Part shown: one piece after another, positions 17,414-27,154 of the stretch | Layout: every line of letters begins with the position of its first letter | How positions within the stretch are numbered: position 1 is the first letter of the stretch | IMG/VR virus record: IMGVR_UViG_3300045950_000297 | Span: 2,334-66,333 of that record | From: a virus | Length of the DNA stretch: 64,000 nucleotides | Reading direction: 5' to 3' (one strand) | Position numbers and translations under genes: made by a program | Notes under the pieces: model-generated | What the model was told of the DNA's origin: nothing | What the model saw: the letters and a program-made list of their open reading frames with translations, nothing else | Database searches by the model: none

Positions 17414-17654
17414 GATTTGCGTTCAGCCACCAGCCAAGTGCGGCGATGATCTCGCGCGCCGTATTGATGCCCACCTGTTGGCGTCTGGTGGTGCGATAGG
17501 CCAGGGTGTTGCTCAACTCGATGGCCATGCGGTTGATTGATGGGGTGGCGCACTTTGCAAGGGTTTCATTGACCAGCGCCTCGCGCTCACGCGCCGGGAG
17601 ATTCTGCAGTGTCTTCGTGTAACCCATCTTTCTCCTCACTGGCTGGCATTCCAC
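17406..17654 (-). CDS. Hypothetical protein
   Basis: Likely start MGYTKT after GAGGAG SD. Confidence 0.6.
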   Translation of the reverse strand: MECQPVRRKMGYTKTLQNLPAREREALVNETLAKCATPSINRMAIELSNTLAYRTTRRQQVGINTAREIIAALGWWLNANLK

Positions 17655-18181
17655 GGGGTGAACTCGTCGATCATGTCCGGGGTGGGGAATGTTCCGGTGA
17701 ACGGCATGGCCCGGTCGTCGATGTAGACGTGGGCGCCGGTCTTGACAACGGGGTAGCTCAACTTGTCCGTGTCAGTCAGCCCGTTCCGGCGCAGCCACAT
17801 GATCACGGCGACCCGTCCAAGTGGGTCGGTGCACCGGGCACTGAAGATGCTGACAGTAAAACGCTGGTCGGCTAACAACTCCTTCAACCACTCGATCGCC
17901 CCCGGAACTGGGGGAGCGGGGAGATTGCTCGCTCCCTCCCAGGGTCCCGAGTAGAGCACCCCATCGAAGTCAACCATGACCCGTTTGGGCATCGGGGGGA
18001 CGGCCCGATCATTGAGCTGCCCCCCCAGTTGAAGCAGCATGGCAAGTACCCGGCCAGCCACCCAGTAGTCTGCATAGTGGTCGGTGTCCGCATTCTGAAG
18101 GCGCATCGCAATGTCCATGTAGTGAAATGGACGGCCTCCCACTTCAGCGTACAGGGCGTCGAAAGCCTGGGCCTTGTCCAT
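17636..18181 (-). CDS. HAD-superfamily (5'-nucleotidase-like) protein
   Basis: VDFDGVL motif I, IFSAR motif II, YIDDRA motif IV. Confidence 0.8.
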   Translation of the reverse strand: MDKAQAFDALYAEVGGRPFHYMDIAMRLQNADTDHYADYWVAGRVLAMLLQLGGQLNDRAVPPMPKRVMVDFDGVLYSGPWEGASNLPAPPVPGAIEWLKELLADQRFTVSIFSARCTDPLGRVAVIMWLRRNGLTDTDKLSYPVVKTGAHVYIDDRAMPFTGTFPTPDMIDEFTPWNASQ

Positions 18182-18492
18182 TAGATCTGCGCCGCCTCCG
18201 CGATGAACTTGTCACGCACTGCCTGGGGTAACGACTCCCAGGGAGTGGGGTTGCTGATGGCAAACTGGGCGGATGGCACGATCACCCGGTCCCTGTTGGA
18301 GTTGGGGGGGCAGGACTCGACGAACTCCCGCAGCATGCGACAGTGGAAGTCGTACAGCCGAGATGGGGTTGTGGGCATCTGGGGGGCGACTTCTCCGAAG
18401 AGGGTCTCTTCTTCCTGGAGGACGATTTCTTCCTTCTGGGGGGCGACCCCTTCCTCCTGAGGGATGATTTCTTCTGATTTGGGACGTGGCAT
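18181..18492 (-). CDS. Hypothetical protein
   Basis: AGGAGG SD before MPRPKSEE; internal EEI.PQEE duplication. Confidence 0.65.
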   Translation of the reverse strand: MPRPKSEEIIPQEEGVAPQKEEIVLQEEETLFGEVAPQMPTTPSRLYDFHCRMLREFVESCPPNSNRDRVIVPSAQFAISNPTPWESLPQAVRDKFIAEAAQI

Positions 18493-18526
18493 TAGTAGCC
18501 TCCTGCCTGGAATGTTGGGATGATGA

Positions 18527-18766
18527 TCACTCTTCGATGCGTTCTCGACGAGAACGCTTGGGCGCTGCGACGGCTGCGTTGCTGTCCAGAGACAGCTCCA
18601 ACGCCGCGCAGATAGCCTCGAACTCTTCACGCTGGTCAGCCCGGACGTTAACCGAGACGGCGATGGAATCACCCATGTCGATCACATTGATGGGGCGACG
18701 TTCCATCTTGACCAAGGCGGTCAGAGTCTGCATAATTTGCGACTTGACGGGATAGAATGTGAACAT
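18527..18766 (-). CDS. Hypothetical protein
   Basis: AAGGAGGT SD. Confidence 0.7.
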   Translation of the reverse strand: MFTFYPVKSQIMQTLTALVKMERRPINVIDMGDSIAVSVNVRADQREEFEAICAALELSLDSNAAVAAPKRSRRERIEE

Positions 18767-18780
18767 GGCGACCTCCTTTC

Positions 18781-19209
18781 CTACAGAATATTCCTCTCTC
18801 TCAAGAGGGCGACCACTTCATCCAGCACAGCCCGCTCCTCAGGAGTACCGGACTGCATGATCACAGCCAATCTCTCTAGAGCGAGTTGCGCGGGCGGGGG
18901 TTCGTACAGCGGCCAGATGCCCCTCTTGACCAAGAGGGCAATCAGAGCATAGTCGGCCAGATCGAGGAGCGTATCCTCCTCAGATTCGTCGACGAGCGGG
19001 TTGGCGATACCATTAACCACCAGGTTCCACATTCGTCGCATCTTGTCTGACATACGCAGATTGACACCGACATAGCCCCCGATGGCTATGTTATCTGCTC
19101 CATAGCTGCGCTGCTTGACCTTGAACAGGTCGAAAAGCTGTTGCAGATTCTCAGCCATCTCACGTTCAAGATTGATGTCGCCAGATGACCCATCGATATC
19201 AAGTTGCAT
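18781..19209 (-). CDS. DUF1599 / nucleotide-modification-associated domain protein
   Basis: KQRSYG, RMSDKMRR, ESEEDTLLDLADYALI motifs. Confidence 0.8.
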   Translation of the reverse strand: MQLDIDGSSGDINLEREMAENLQQLFDLFKVKQRSYGADNIAIGGYVGVNLRMSDKMRRMWNLVVNGIANPLVDESEEDTLLDLADYALIALLVKRGIWPLYEPPPAQLALERLAVIMQSGTPEERAVLDEVVALLRERNIL

Positions 19210-19233
19210 ACCACTCTCCTGTTGTTGTGTTGT

Positions 19234-19262
19234 ATCATATACGAACCACTTGGTTTTGTCAA
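19234..19262 (-). promoter_or_regulatory. Leftward sigma70 promoter
   Basis: TTGACA-17-TATGAT. Confidence 0.8.
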
Positions 19263-19278
19263 GTCCCCAACCGCCTGG

Positions 19279-19308
19279 TTGACAAGCAAACCGGAGATGT
19301 GTTATACT
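19279..19308 (+). promoter_or_regulatory. Rightward (late-module) sigma70 promoter
   Basis: TTGACA-18-TATACT with TGn; divergent from previous promoter. Confidence 0.78.
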
Positions 19309-19343
19309 CTTGGTGTGGACCACATATCAAAAGGAGATCTCCA

Positions 19344-19775
19344 ATGAAAAGCATCAAGTTCGCATTTCCCATTGTTTTGGGCCTGGTGTGTGTTGTGTTG
19401 GCGCTGGCTATGCTGGGGACCCCGGCGGAGGCTGCATCTCCCAGTATCGCTACCGTGCTCAACACCGCCTCAGCGGTGACCGGCACGTTTTACTCGCGGG
19501 TGGTCGAGTGGGGCGACTGGACCTACGCGGACGTGTTCTTCAGAGGCACAGCAGCGACCACTAACTCGACAGCGGTGGTGCTGGAAGTGTCGCCCGACCA
19601 GATCACTTGGTACGAACATAGCGTCAGTGGAGCACTGAGGACACTGGCAGCGGCGCCGGGGAGTTACAGCGCGTACAACGCGGCAGTGGCCGTGCATGGT
19701 AGGTACTTCCGGCTGAAGGTGACGACCACCAATGCCGGTCTCAATACCTACAACGTCAAGGCGTTCCTGCGATGA
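19344..19775 (+). CDS. Signal-peptide-bearing beta-rich protein
   Basis: AAGGAG SD; MKSIKFAFPIVLGLVCVVLALAMLGTPAEA. Confidence 0.75.
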   Translation: MKSIKFAFPIVLGLVCVVLALAMLGTPAEAASPSIATVLNTASAVTGTFYSRVVEWGDWTYADVFFRGTAATTNSTAVVLEVSPDQITWYEHSVSGALRTLAAAPGSYSAYNAAVAVHGRYFRLKVTTTNAGLNTYNVKAFLR

Positions 19776-20122
19776 ACTGGGAAACTCTGATCGCCGAGCT
19801 TGCCCTGCCTCTGGCCATCGTTCTGGCCACTCTGGTGCTGCGCAAGTGGCTGGGACCGACCAGGGCAGATGAGATCAACAAGGCAGCCCAGGGAGCGATG
19901 AACCTGGGCAGCGTATACGCCAAGGCGGTGTATGACGCGGTGGTGGCGACCGAGCACGGCCTGAAGAAAGCAGGCACGGCGACCGACGCGGAGCTGCAGC
20001 AAGAGGCCGTTCGCCAAGCGCTGGCCATCCTGACAGCGTTGCTGAATCGAAGAGTGGACCCCGCACCTCTGGTGCCGATGGTCGAGAGCACGTACCGATC
20101 CTACAAGAATGCTCAAGGATGA
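19772..20122 (+). CDS. Putative holin (single N-terminal TM)
   Basis: Hydrophobic N-terminus, AVVATE and MVES motifs resembling LL-H-type holins. Confidence 0.5.
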   Translation: MNWETLIAELALPLAIVLATLVLRKWLGPTRADEINKAAQGAMNLGSVYAKAVYDAVVATEHGLKKAGTATDAELQQEAVRQALAILTALLNRRVDPAPLVPMVESTYRSYKNAQG

Positions 20123-20456
20123 GATCAGGCGGGCCGTCTATGAACGCGACGGCCGATGCCTGGTCTGTGGCAAGTTCGTCACATATGAAAGTATGCACCC
20201 CCACCACATCCAGACGCGAGGCAGTGGTGGGGGTGATACTGAAGACAATCTGATCTGTTTGTGCGGTCGGTGTCACGACAGGGTGCATTACTCCTATCTG
20301 ACACTGGACGGCGAGGAATACGAGGTCACCTCCGGGGTGCTGAGAGCACTCCTGCTACTCGTGCACGGCATTGACGCCGGACCCGAGACGCAGGAAATAG
20401 CGACAGCCGAGAAGTTACTGGCGCGCTATTCCCTGGAGGTGGGGTGGGTCTTCTAA
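20109..20456 (+). CDS. HNH endonuclease (terminase-associated)
   Basis: RDGRCLVCG, HHI..GGG..EDNLICLCGRCHDRVH. Confidence 0.9.
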   Translation: MLKDEIRRAVYERDGRCLVCGKFVTYESMHPHHIQTRGSGGGDTEDNLICLCGRCHDRVHYSYLTLDGEEYEVTSGVLRALLLLVHGIDAGPETQEIATAEKLLARYSLEVGWVF

Positions 20457-23248
20457 CATCTAACGAACGGGCACTGTTCACCCTTGCCCTGGCTGGCGGC
20501 TACAGCCAGTTCACCAAATACTTCTTCGACTGGGAACCCCTCAAGACCCAGTGGGTTGAGCACTACGCGCCACAGGTCGACATAACTCTCCTGGGGGGCA
20601 TTGGGAGCGGCAAATGTGTTCATCCCGCGACGCTGGTCTGGACTCCATCTGGTGCACGCATTCCTGTATCCAATGTAAAAGCTGGCCAGGAGATATTATG
20701 CATCGACGAGAAGTCGCTGCAGTTCGTCTGGGGAACGGTCTCTGGCATCTTCGACAACGGTGTACAACCCCTGCTGCGTATTCGTACCGGCATCGGGCAT
20801 GAGATCAAATGCACACCCAACCATCCTGTTCTCACCGTGTCAGGTTGGGTACGGGCTGATTCCCTTGAGATCGGACGGCGAATTGCCACGGCCAGACGTT
20901 ACCCTACTAGAGAGCAGAGCGCGACTCTTACAGAAGCCCACATGCTGATTCTCGGTTTTCTGATTGGTGATGGCGGGCTTACACAAGATTCCGCACGGTT
21001 TACCAATACCAATCCAGAGTTGGTGTATCTACTGGAAGAAGCACTCGAAGTCATCGGCCCATACTACCTCAACCGTTCCGGCGGAAATAGTAACCGCAGC
21101 CCGACTTACACGATACGCGATAGACAACAATGTGGGAGCAACGGCAACGGAGTAGTCCGCTGGTTGCGCGAGTTGGGGTTGTTCAAGTGCGGGTCACACG
21201 ACAAGTTTGTGCCGGATATCGTGTTTGATCAGCCTAACCAGATAATCGCCGCGTTTTTGCGAGCGCTCTATGCATGTGATGGATGGGCATACGCCAAAGG
21301 CAAACGCCAAGCTCAGATTGGCTATGGCACAGTATCTCTCAGGCTGGCCACCGATATCCGCGACCTGTTGCTGCGGTTTGGAATTGTCGCCAGGATACGC
21401 AAGAAGTCATCTAGGTGCACCGGGAGGGTTTTCTCGAGCTACGAGGTAACTATCGATAGCAAGCGTGACCAGATCGTCTTTTGTGACCAGATAGGTATTT
21501 ATGGCAAGCAAAGGCAACTGGATGCAGTCTACGCTGTTGCCAGCAAGGTTGGCCGCTATGGCATAAGACAAGGCGGCAGCAACGATGTCATTCCACGTGA
21601 CGAGATTCACGAATATGTTCTTGGGCGTGCTCGTGAACGCGGGACTCCATTGTGCGGTAAGGGTGACGGACATGTAGAACTATTTGGCAAATACCGCCTG
21701 CGTGGCAACCCGTGCCGAGACAAGGTACAGATGCTGTCCGAGTGGTTGGAAGATGGCAGATTGCACGCGCTGGCAAACAGCGATGTGTACTGGGATAAGA
21801 TTGTCTCGATCGAGATGTTGCCAGCACAGCCAACATTAAACCTTGAGGTTGTTCCCTACCACAACTTTGTCGCTGACGGAATTGTTACTCATAACACCGC
21901 CGGCAAGGGGCGCTCCTTCCTCACCAAGATTCTCACCATCCCGTGGTATCGCGGTCTGAACACCTCGATCTCGTCGTTTCAGGCGACCTTGATGTTCTAT
22001 GACCTATTGCCGATCGTGGAGAGCAATCCCAGGGTCTCGCGCTTCATCAAGGACATCCGCACCAAGCCCTACCCCAAGATCACCACTATCTGGAACTCAT
22101 ATCTCTCGTTCATGACGGTTGGGTACCAGGCCCAGGGAATCCGTGGGTCGGAGTGGGATGAGATCAACTTCGATGAGGGGGGTTATGAGCGGGCCGAGGA
22201 AACATTGATCGCGCTGCGCGGACGCCTGAGAGGCAAGCGCGAAAATGGGGTGGAGAGGCTGGCCCGTCTGTCGGTCACCACATCCCCAACCGACGTCCCG
22301 TGGTTGCGGCGCCGATGGGAGCGTGGTGTCAAGGGATCACGGATGGAGGTCTACGACCCCCAGCAGTACGCTTCGCTGCGGTCCACGCTGTTCGACAATC
22401 ATCATATCCCCGCCTGGCAACGCGACGCGATCATCCGCGATCTTCCCGAGGAGATGGTACAGCAGGAGATCATGGCCGAGTTCCCAGATTGGGGAGACTC
22501 GGAGTTTCCCGAGAAACACATCAACGCCTGTGAGACCACCGCCCTGAATGCCTATATGGAGCACCTCATCAATCCGATCGTGGTCCAGGAGAATGGCGAA
22601 GAGACCACCGGGACTCTGTGTAAAGAGGCTGTCTACATCGAGTTGCCGCATGTCGGCTGCACGCTGTGGGAGCTGCCCCCCCAGCCTGGGCATATCTACG
22701 TTTTGGCATCCGACCCGGGGACGTCCAGCCCCCCCAAGCGCAATACGGCAGTTGTGCTTGTCTTTGACGTGACCGCCAAACCCTACCGGCTGGTCTATTT
22801 CCACTGGGTATCGGGCAATGGGTCCTACACCCCCTGGCTGCGCAGTTTTCGTTACGCACTCGACAAGTACCAGTGTGTGTTGAGGGGACTTGATGCAACC
22901 GGTCCACAAAAGGCGCTCGATGAGCTGGTCCTGGAGCGCGATGGCATCCACGTTGATTCGGTCAACTTCAGCCGCGACAAGATGGGCATGCTGAATGCTC
23001 TGAAGATGCTGCTTCAGAATCATGATCTTGAGTTTCCCTTCATCAAGGGACTGAGGGCACAGCTGCGCTCGTACAAGAGCGACGACAAGGACCTGGCACA
23101 AGACATCGTGGCAGCCTTGATGGTCTTCGCTTACATCCACAAGCATGTCCCCGGAGCACATCCTCCGACAACCGTCGTGACCGCCGCCACAATGAGTCGC
23201 CGTGGCCAGCGCGGAACACTCCGACAACTGAGGAGATCAAGACGATGA
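20444..23248 (+). CDS. terL: Terminase large subunit with intein
   Basis: Walker A GGIGSGK|T split by intein, Walker B NFDEG, RNaseH-like DPG, DATG, DIVAAL. Confidence 0.93.
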   Translation: MGLLTSNERALFTLALAGGYSQFTKYFFDWEPLKTQWVEHYAPQVDITLLGGIGSGKCVHPATLVWTPSGARIPVSNVKAGQEILCIDEKSLQFVWGTVSGIFDNGVQPLLRIRTGIGHEIKCTPNHPVLTVSGWVRADSLEIGRRIATARRYPTREQSATLTEAHMLILGFLIGDGGLTQDSARFTNTNPELVYLLEEALEVIGPYYLNRSGGNSNRSPTYTIRDRQQCGSNGNGVVRWLRELGLFKCGSHDKFVPDIVFDQPNQIIAAFLRALYACDGWAYAKGKRQAQIGYGTVSLRLATDIRDLLLRFGIVARIRKKSSRCTGRVFSSYEVTIDSKRDQIVFCDQIGIYGKQRQLDAVYAVASKVGRYGIRQGGSNDVIPRDEIHEYVLGRARERGTPLCGKGDGHVELFGKYRLRGNPCRDKVQMLSEWLEDGRLHALANSDVYWDKIVSIEMLPAQPTLNLEVVPYHNFVADGIVTHNTAGKGRSFLTKILTIPWYRGLNTSISSFQATLMFYDLLPIVESNPRVSRFIKDIRTKPYPKITTIWNSYLSFMTVGYQAQGIRGSEWDEINFDEGGYERAEETLIALRGRLRGKRENGVERLARLSVTTSPTDVPWLRRRWERGVKGSRMEVYDPQQYASLRSTLFDNHHIPAWQRDAIIRDLPEEMVQQEIMAEFPDWGDSEFPEKHINACETTALNAYMEHLINPIVVQENGEETTGTLCKEAVYIELPHVGCTLWELPPQPGHIYVLASDPGTSSPPKRNTAVVLVFDVTAKPYRLVYFHWVSGNGSYTPWLRSFRYALDKYQCVLRGLDATGPQKALDELVLERDGIHVDSVNFSRDKMGMLNALKMLLQNHDLEFPFIKGLRAQLRSYKSDDKDLAQDIVAALMVFAYIHKHVPGAHPPTTVVTAATMSRRGQRGTLRQLRRSRR
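20615..21895 (+). mobile_element. Intein with LAGLIDADG homing endonuclease (427 aa)
   Basis: N-terminal CVHPAT, block B TPNHP, LGFLIGDG and FLRALYACDG, C-terminal HNFVADGIVTHN followed by Thr. Confidence 0.95.
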
Positions 23249-23376
23249 AAGAGCTGTGGAGACGAATCAGTCTGGCATGGTATGTTCTCAGGACCGGTCA
23301 GTTCCCGACGAGAACTGGTTCGACAATCAACCATCTGGTTGACAGACCAAGACGGATGTGGTACAATGCCGACTAG
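23245..23376 (+). CDS. 43-aa hypothetical micro-protein
   Basis: ATGA overlap with terL stop, GAGGAG SD. Confidence 0.45.
   Translation: MKELWRRISLAWYVLRTGQFPTRTGSTINHLVDRPRRMWYNAD
23339..23367 (+). promoter_or_regulatory. Internal sigma70 promoter upstream of portal block
   Basis: TTGACA-17-TACAAT with TGn. Confidence 0.7.
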
Positions 23377-23653
23377 AAGAATAGCACGCTCTGAAGCCGA
23401 CCTGCTGTGTTCACTGAGAGAACTTCAGTATGGCGACTTCATGCCGGTCAGAATGCTCAACCTTGCTCCATGTGAGGTGGAGGTACATCCAGCCGAGGTT
23501 GCCCTGATCAGTGCTATTCACCTTTACGGGCTACCCATCATGATCAGGGTGGCTGATGGTCTTCCCCAGTTTGCTGAGTGGGAGATCAGCAGCGAGGCCG
23601 GAACCGGCATCAGGCGCATCAACCTGACTGGAAAACCCAGAGGGTCACGTTAG
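23366..23653 (+). CDS. Hypothetical protein
   Basis: ORF in operon direction; start uncertain. Confidence 0.5.
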   Translation: MPTRRIARSEADLLCSLRELQYGDFMPVRMLNLAPCEVEVHPAEVALISAIHLYGLPIMIRVADGLPQFAEWEISSEAGTGIRRINLTGKPRGSR

Positions 23654-23685
23654 AAAGCGTGCCCCTTTTTTGTTGTGGAGAGCTC

Positions 23686-23994
23686 ATGACTGACGACTAC
23701 AGCAGGCTGATCACCGAACACACAAAGTTGCTGGCTGAGTTGACCGTACTGACCAAGCAGCACGATGAGTCGATCAACTCACTTGAGGCCCGGACTGAGG
23801 AGATGGGCAAGGTGATCGTCCGACTTGAGACATCCCTGGTTGGCGTCAACAACGCAGTGGCTGCCCTGTCCGACCGAGTGTGTGATCTCAAGAATGGCAT
23901 CTTGAAAGTGCTCTTTTACGTGGTGATTGCCCTGATTGTAGTCGCGGTAGGCAGCAAGACAGCCGAGGTATTCAAGATGGTAGGTGGGCTGTGA
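23686..23994 (+). CDS. Coiled-coil protein with C-terminal TM helix
   Basis: Heptad region, then ILKVLFYVVIALIVVAVG. Confidence 0.7.
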   Translation: MTDDYSRLITEHTKLLAELTVLTKQHDESINSLEARTEEMGKVIVRLETSLVGVNNAVAALSDRVCDLKNGILKVLFYVVIALIVVAVGSKTAEVFKMVGGL

Positions 23995-25523
23995 AGGATC
24001 CCAACGTCTCTTTGGCGAGCTTTCTGGCCCAAACCAGCACGCAGCAGTTTGGCGACTTCGTTGTGAGTGGCAGAGTCGATGCTACGTGGTGGTCACAAAT
24101 GCAGAAGTACCAGGATTACTTCAACTACTGGAGCGGCAGAATCTTCAATCGCAGGGCATCGGATGAGCATGATGCGCCTCCACTCTACCCACTGCGGGTC
24201 AACATTGCCAGGCTGATGTGTCTGACTCAGGCGGGCACACTTTTCGGACAGTGGGAGGACGAGATCATTGGCTTCATGTGCAAGCCGCTGAGGGATAAGG
24301 GCGAGGCGGCCCGGCGCCGTGCGGAAAATGCCGAGATGATTGTGCGTGACACCTGGGACTACTCACGACTCCAGACCAAACTCTACGAGACCGGGCTGAG
24401 CACACAGGTGTACGGGGGTTGCTATCTGCGAGTCGCCTTCGATATGAACGCTCCGCATTGGGTGCGGGTTGACAAGTTGATGCCCTATCAGGTGTTTCCG
24501 CGCTACCACCCGATCGACACCGACCGGCTGCTGGAAGCCTACATCGTGGTGCCCGGCACCAAAGAGGAGATCGAGCTGGCCTATGGGGTCAAGGTCGAGA
24601 CGAGCTCGGATGTCCTGTACGTGGAGCACTGGACCGAGAAGGAGTATGCGGTCTACGTGGCCGGACAACGGCTGACGAACTACGGAGGCGCCAACCCATG
24701 GGGGAGAGTTCCAATCGAGTACATTCCCCGCATCCGCCTGGAGGATTTCTATGGTCTTTCGCTGATCGAGGACCTGAGGGGCATGCAGGATGAGCTCAAC
24801 CTGCGCCTGGCGGATATGGGTGACCGGGTGGCCAACAATGCCCATCCCATCCGGTGGGTGGTCAACTATCGTGGCGATCCGGAGAAGGACTTCAAGATGG
24901 GCGCCGATGCACTCTGGAACCTGGGGTCGGCTGTCCCGGGCGCGGACAAACCCGAGGTGGGAGTTCTGGAACCCAAGAGCGAACCGTCTTCGAGCTTTGA
25001 GTTCATCAAGTATGTGAACGACCTGGCCAGGTCGGCTGCTTTCACATCACCGGTCGCCTTTGGCGAAGATGAGGGGTCTCAGCGTTCCGGGGCCACGTTG
25101 GAACTGCGTCTATGGCCGATGTTACAGAATTGTAAGGTGACCCGTGGCTATATGGTGGTTGGTCTCTCCAAGGTCCATGACATGATTTTGAAACGGGCAG
25201 CCAAGGACCGGGGTGGAGTGTATGAGGGCGTTGTTGGCCACCGGGTGGTCCCCAGCTTTGCTCCCCTGGTGCCGCGCGACTTGCGTCTGTTCATCGAGGA
25301 GTTCAATGCCCGGGCTGCTCAAGACATGATCAGTCCTGAGGAGGCGCTGGCCGGCTTCGGGGTGCGGCATGGCACTATGGAGGAGGAGATTGAGCGCATC
25401 AAGCAATGGCTGCGCGAGAAGCGACCTGGTGGTGATAGCGGCAGACTTGCACGTAGGGAGCACAGTGGCGCTTTGGCCGAGAAAGCTGATTCTGCCGGAC
25501 GGGAATCCGACGATTCTGAATAG
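23991..25523 (+). CDS. Portal protein (SPP1 gp6-like)
   Basis: 510 aa after terL; NPWGRVPI, YGLSLIEDL..QDELN, SGATLEL motifs. Confidence 0.88.
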   Translation: MKDPNVSLASFLAQTSTQQFGDFVVSGRVDATWWSQMQKYQDYFNYWSGRIFNRRASDEHDAPPLYPLRVNIARLMCLTQAGTLFGQWEDEIIGFMCKPLRDKGEAARRRAENAEMIVRDTWDYSRLQTKLYETGLSTQVYGGCYLRVAFDMNAPHWVRVDKLMPYQVFPRYHPIDTDRLLEAYIVVPGTKEEIELAYGVKVETSSDVLYVEHWTEKEYAVYVAGQRLTNYGGANPWGRVPIEYIPRIRLEDFYGLSLIEDLRGMQDELNLRLADMGDRVANNAHPIRWVVNYRGDPEKDFKMGADALWNLGSAVPGADKPEVGVLEPKSEPSSSFEFIKYVNDLARSAAFTSPVAFGEDEGSQRSGATLELRLWPMLQNCKVTRGYMVVGLSKVHDMILKRAAKDRGGVYEGVVGHRVVPSFAPLVPRDLRLFIEEFNARAAQDMISPEEALAGFGVRHGTMEEEIERIKQWLREKRPGGDSGRLARREHSGALAEKADSAGRESDDSE

Positions 25524-26247
25524 GGTCCAGTCCTGGCTGGATTGGGCATGGGTGGATGCATGGCGAACGGTCTGGTATATGAAGAAGCAAACCGGGGCAA
25601 GACTGTGGACCGTCTTGAACGGGGACCTATGCGAGGGGGACCATCACGATACGTTCCAGCTGATGACGCGCAACGAAGACTGGATGGTCCAAGCAGCAGT
25701 GGAGCTTCTTTCCGGCGTGCGCGAGATGAGCGACGTGTTCTTCGTGGTGTCGGGCACGCCGGCGCATATCGGCCAACAGGGAGGGCTGGACGAACGGGTG
25801 GCCCAAGCCCTGGACGCGACACCCGGGGGGAGGGGGCGGTTGAGTTTTTCGCGTCTCCGGTTCGAGACCGCTTCGGGTGTCCTGTTCGATGTCAAGCATC
25901 GCGCCAGGATGGGCAACCTGCCGCATACGTTCCCGAACGCTTTGAGCTCAATCGTAATGCAGGTGTGTTGGCAGGCGTCACAGCGACAGATACGACCGCC
26001 CGATGTGATCATCAGGTCGCATGTCCATCGTTACGCCACCTCTGGCGACAACTACAGAACACGGGCATTTTCCACACCTTGCTGGAAGGCTACCGACGAG
26101 TATGTCGATTGCCTGCCCTACGAACCAGTAGTGAATATTGGGCTGCTGGCATTTTGGTGTTACGACGGAAAGTTCAATCACTGGTGGATCGGGCGTGATC
26201 GATACACGCCACTGCCAGAAAAAACTTGGAGGCTACATGATCAGTGA
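25369..26247 (+). CDS. Calcineurin-like metallophosphoesterase
   Basis: ADLHVG, NGDLCEG, GTPAH, KH, SHVH; true start probably near 25425. Confidence 0.8.
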   Translation: MALWRRRLSASSNGCARSDLVVIAADLHVGSTVALWPRKLILPDGNPTILNRVQSWLDWAWVDAWRTVWYMKKQTGARLWTVLNGDLCEGDHHDTFQLMTRNEDWMVQAAVELLSGVREMSDVFFVVSGTPAHIGQQGGLDERVAQALDATPGGRGRLSFSRLRFETASGVLFDVKHRARMGNLPHTFPNALSSIVMQVCWQASQRQIRPPDVIIRSHVHRYATSGDNYRTRAFSTPCWKATDEYVDCLPYEPVVNIGLLAFWCYDGKFNHWWIGRDRYTPLPEKTWRLHDQ

Positions 26248-26476
26248 GCGAGAGTTGCTGGCGTTGTTGGATGAGGCCCGCAATACAGAGGTCCCGGAGG
26301 GTGCGCTGACAGTTGTGCAGATCGCAGCGAAGCTGGGCCGGGGGGACGCCTGGGTGCGGAAGCAGATCAAGACTCTGATGGCCCAGGGCAAGATCGAGCT
26401 GGTTTTCAACGTCCCTGTCCGTCGCATGGATGGACGGTGGACGACATCTCATGGTTACAGAATTGTAGGAGGGTAG
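26237..26476 (+). CDS. Winged-HTH small protein
   Basis: LTVVQIAAKLGRGDAWVRKQIKTL; GGAGG SD. Confidence 0.7.
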   Translation: MISERELLALLDEARNTEVPEGALTVVQIAAKLGRGDAWVRKQIKTLMAQGKIELVFNVPVRRMDGRWTTSHGYRIVGG

Positions 26477-26477
26477 A

Positions 26478-27110
26478 ATGTCAGAGGAAACCTCTACGAC
26501 ACCGCAGGCTGGCAGTGGCGAGACCCCCACGGCACCACCTGCTACGTCATCGGGGCAGTCCGAGGACTGGAAGAAGCGTTATGAGGGAATGACCAGGGTG
26601 TTGAGCGACCGGGACAAGACAATTGCCGACCTGGCCGCTCAGAAGGAAGCGTTGAGCAAGGCCATCGAGGAGGCCCAGACAACCAGCGGCAAGGACAAAG
26701 CCGCCTGGGACGCGCTGCGGCTGCAGATGGAAGAGAAGGCTGCCGGTCTGACAAACGAGTTGAACGGTCTGAAGACCAGGACAACCGAGCTGGAAGCCTA
26801 CCAACGCAAGATGGAAGCCCTGAAGTCATATCCCGACCTGCTGTGGATGGCCGACACCATCCCCAGCATCGACGACCCAGACGCTCTGAAAAGGCATCTG
26901 GACACTTTGCAGAGGAGCTTCATGGCGGCGGCAACCGAGAAAGCCAAGACACTTACTCAGGGGGCTGTCCCCGGGCCGGTGACGCCGGGCGTCCCGCAGT
27001 TTGCCTACACCACGATGGAACAGTGGGACAAGGCCATGCGTGACGTTGCCGGGACACCGGAGGCGGGCAAGGTGAGAGAAGCCTTCAGAAAATGGGTCGA
27101 AACCCAATAG
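26478..27110 (+). CDS. Capsid scaffolding protein
   Basis: Low-complexity N-terminus, DWKKRYEG, coiled coil; directly before MCP. Confidence 0.75.
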   Translation: MSEETSTTPQAGSGETPTAPPATSSGQSEDWKKRYEGMTRVLSDRDKTIADLAAQKEALSKAIEEAQTTSGKDKAAWDALRLQMEEKAAGLTNELNGLKTRTTELEAYQRKMEALKSYPDLLWMADTIPSIDDPDALKRHLDTLQRSFMAAATEKAKTLTQGAVPGPVTPGVPQFAYTTMEQWDKAMRDVAGTPEAGKVREAFRKWVETQ

Positions 27111-27128
27111 GCTGACCGGAGAACCCGG

Positions 27129-27154
27129 AGGCCACCCGAAAGGGTGGCCTTTTT
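27129..27154 (+). terminator. Intrinsic terminator-like hairpin before capsid gene
   Basis: AGGCCACCC-GAAA-GGGTGGCCT-TTTT. Confidence 0.75.
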
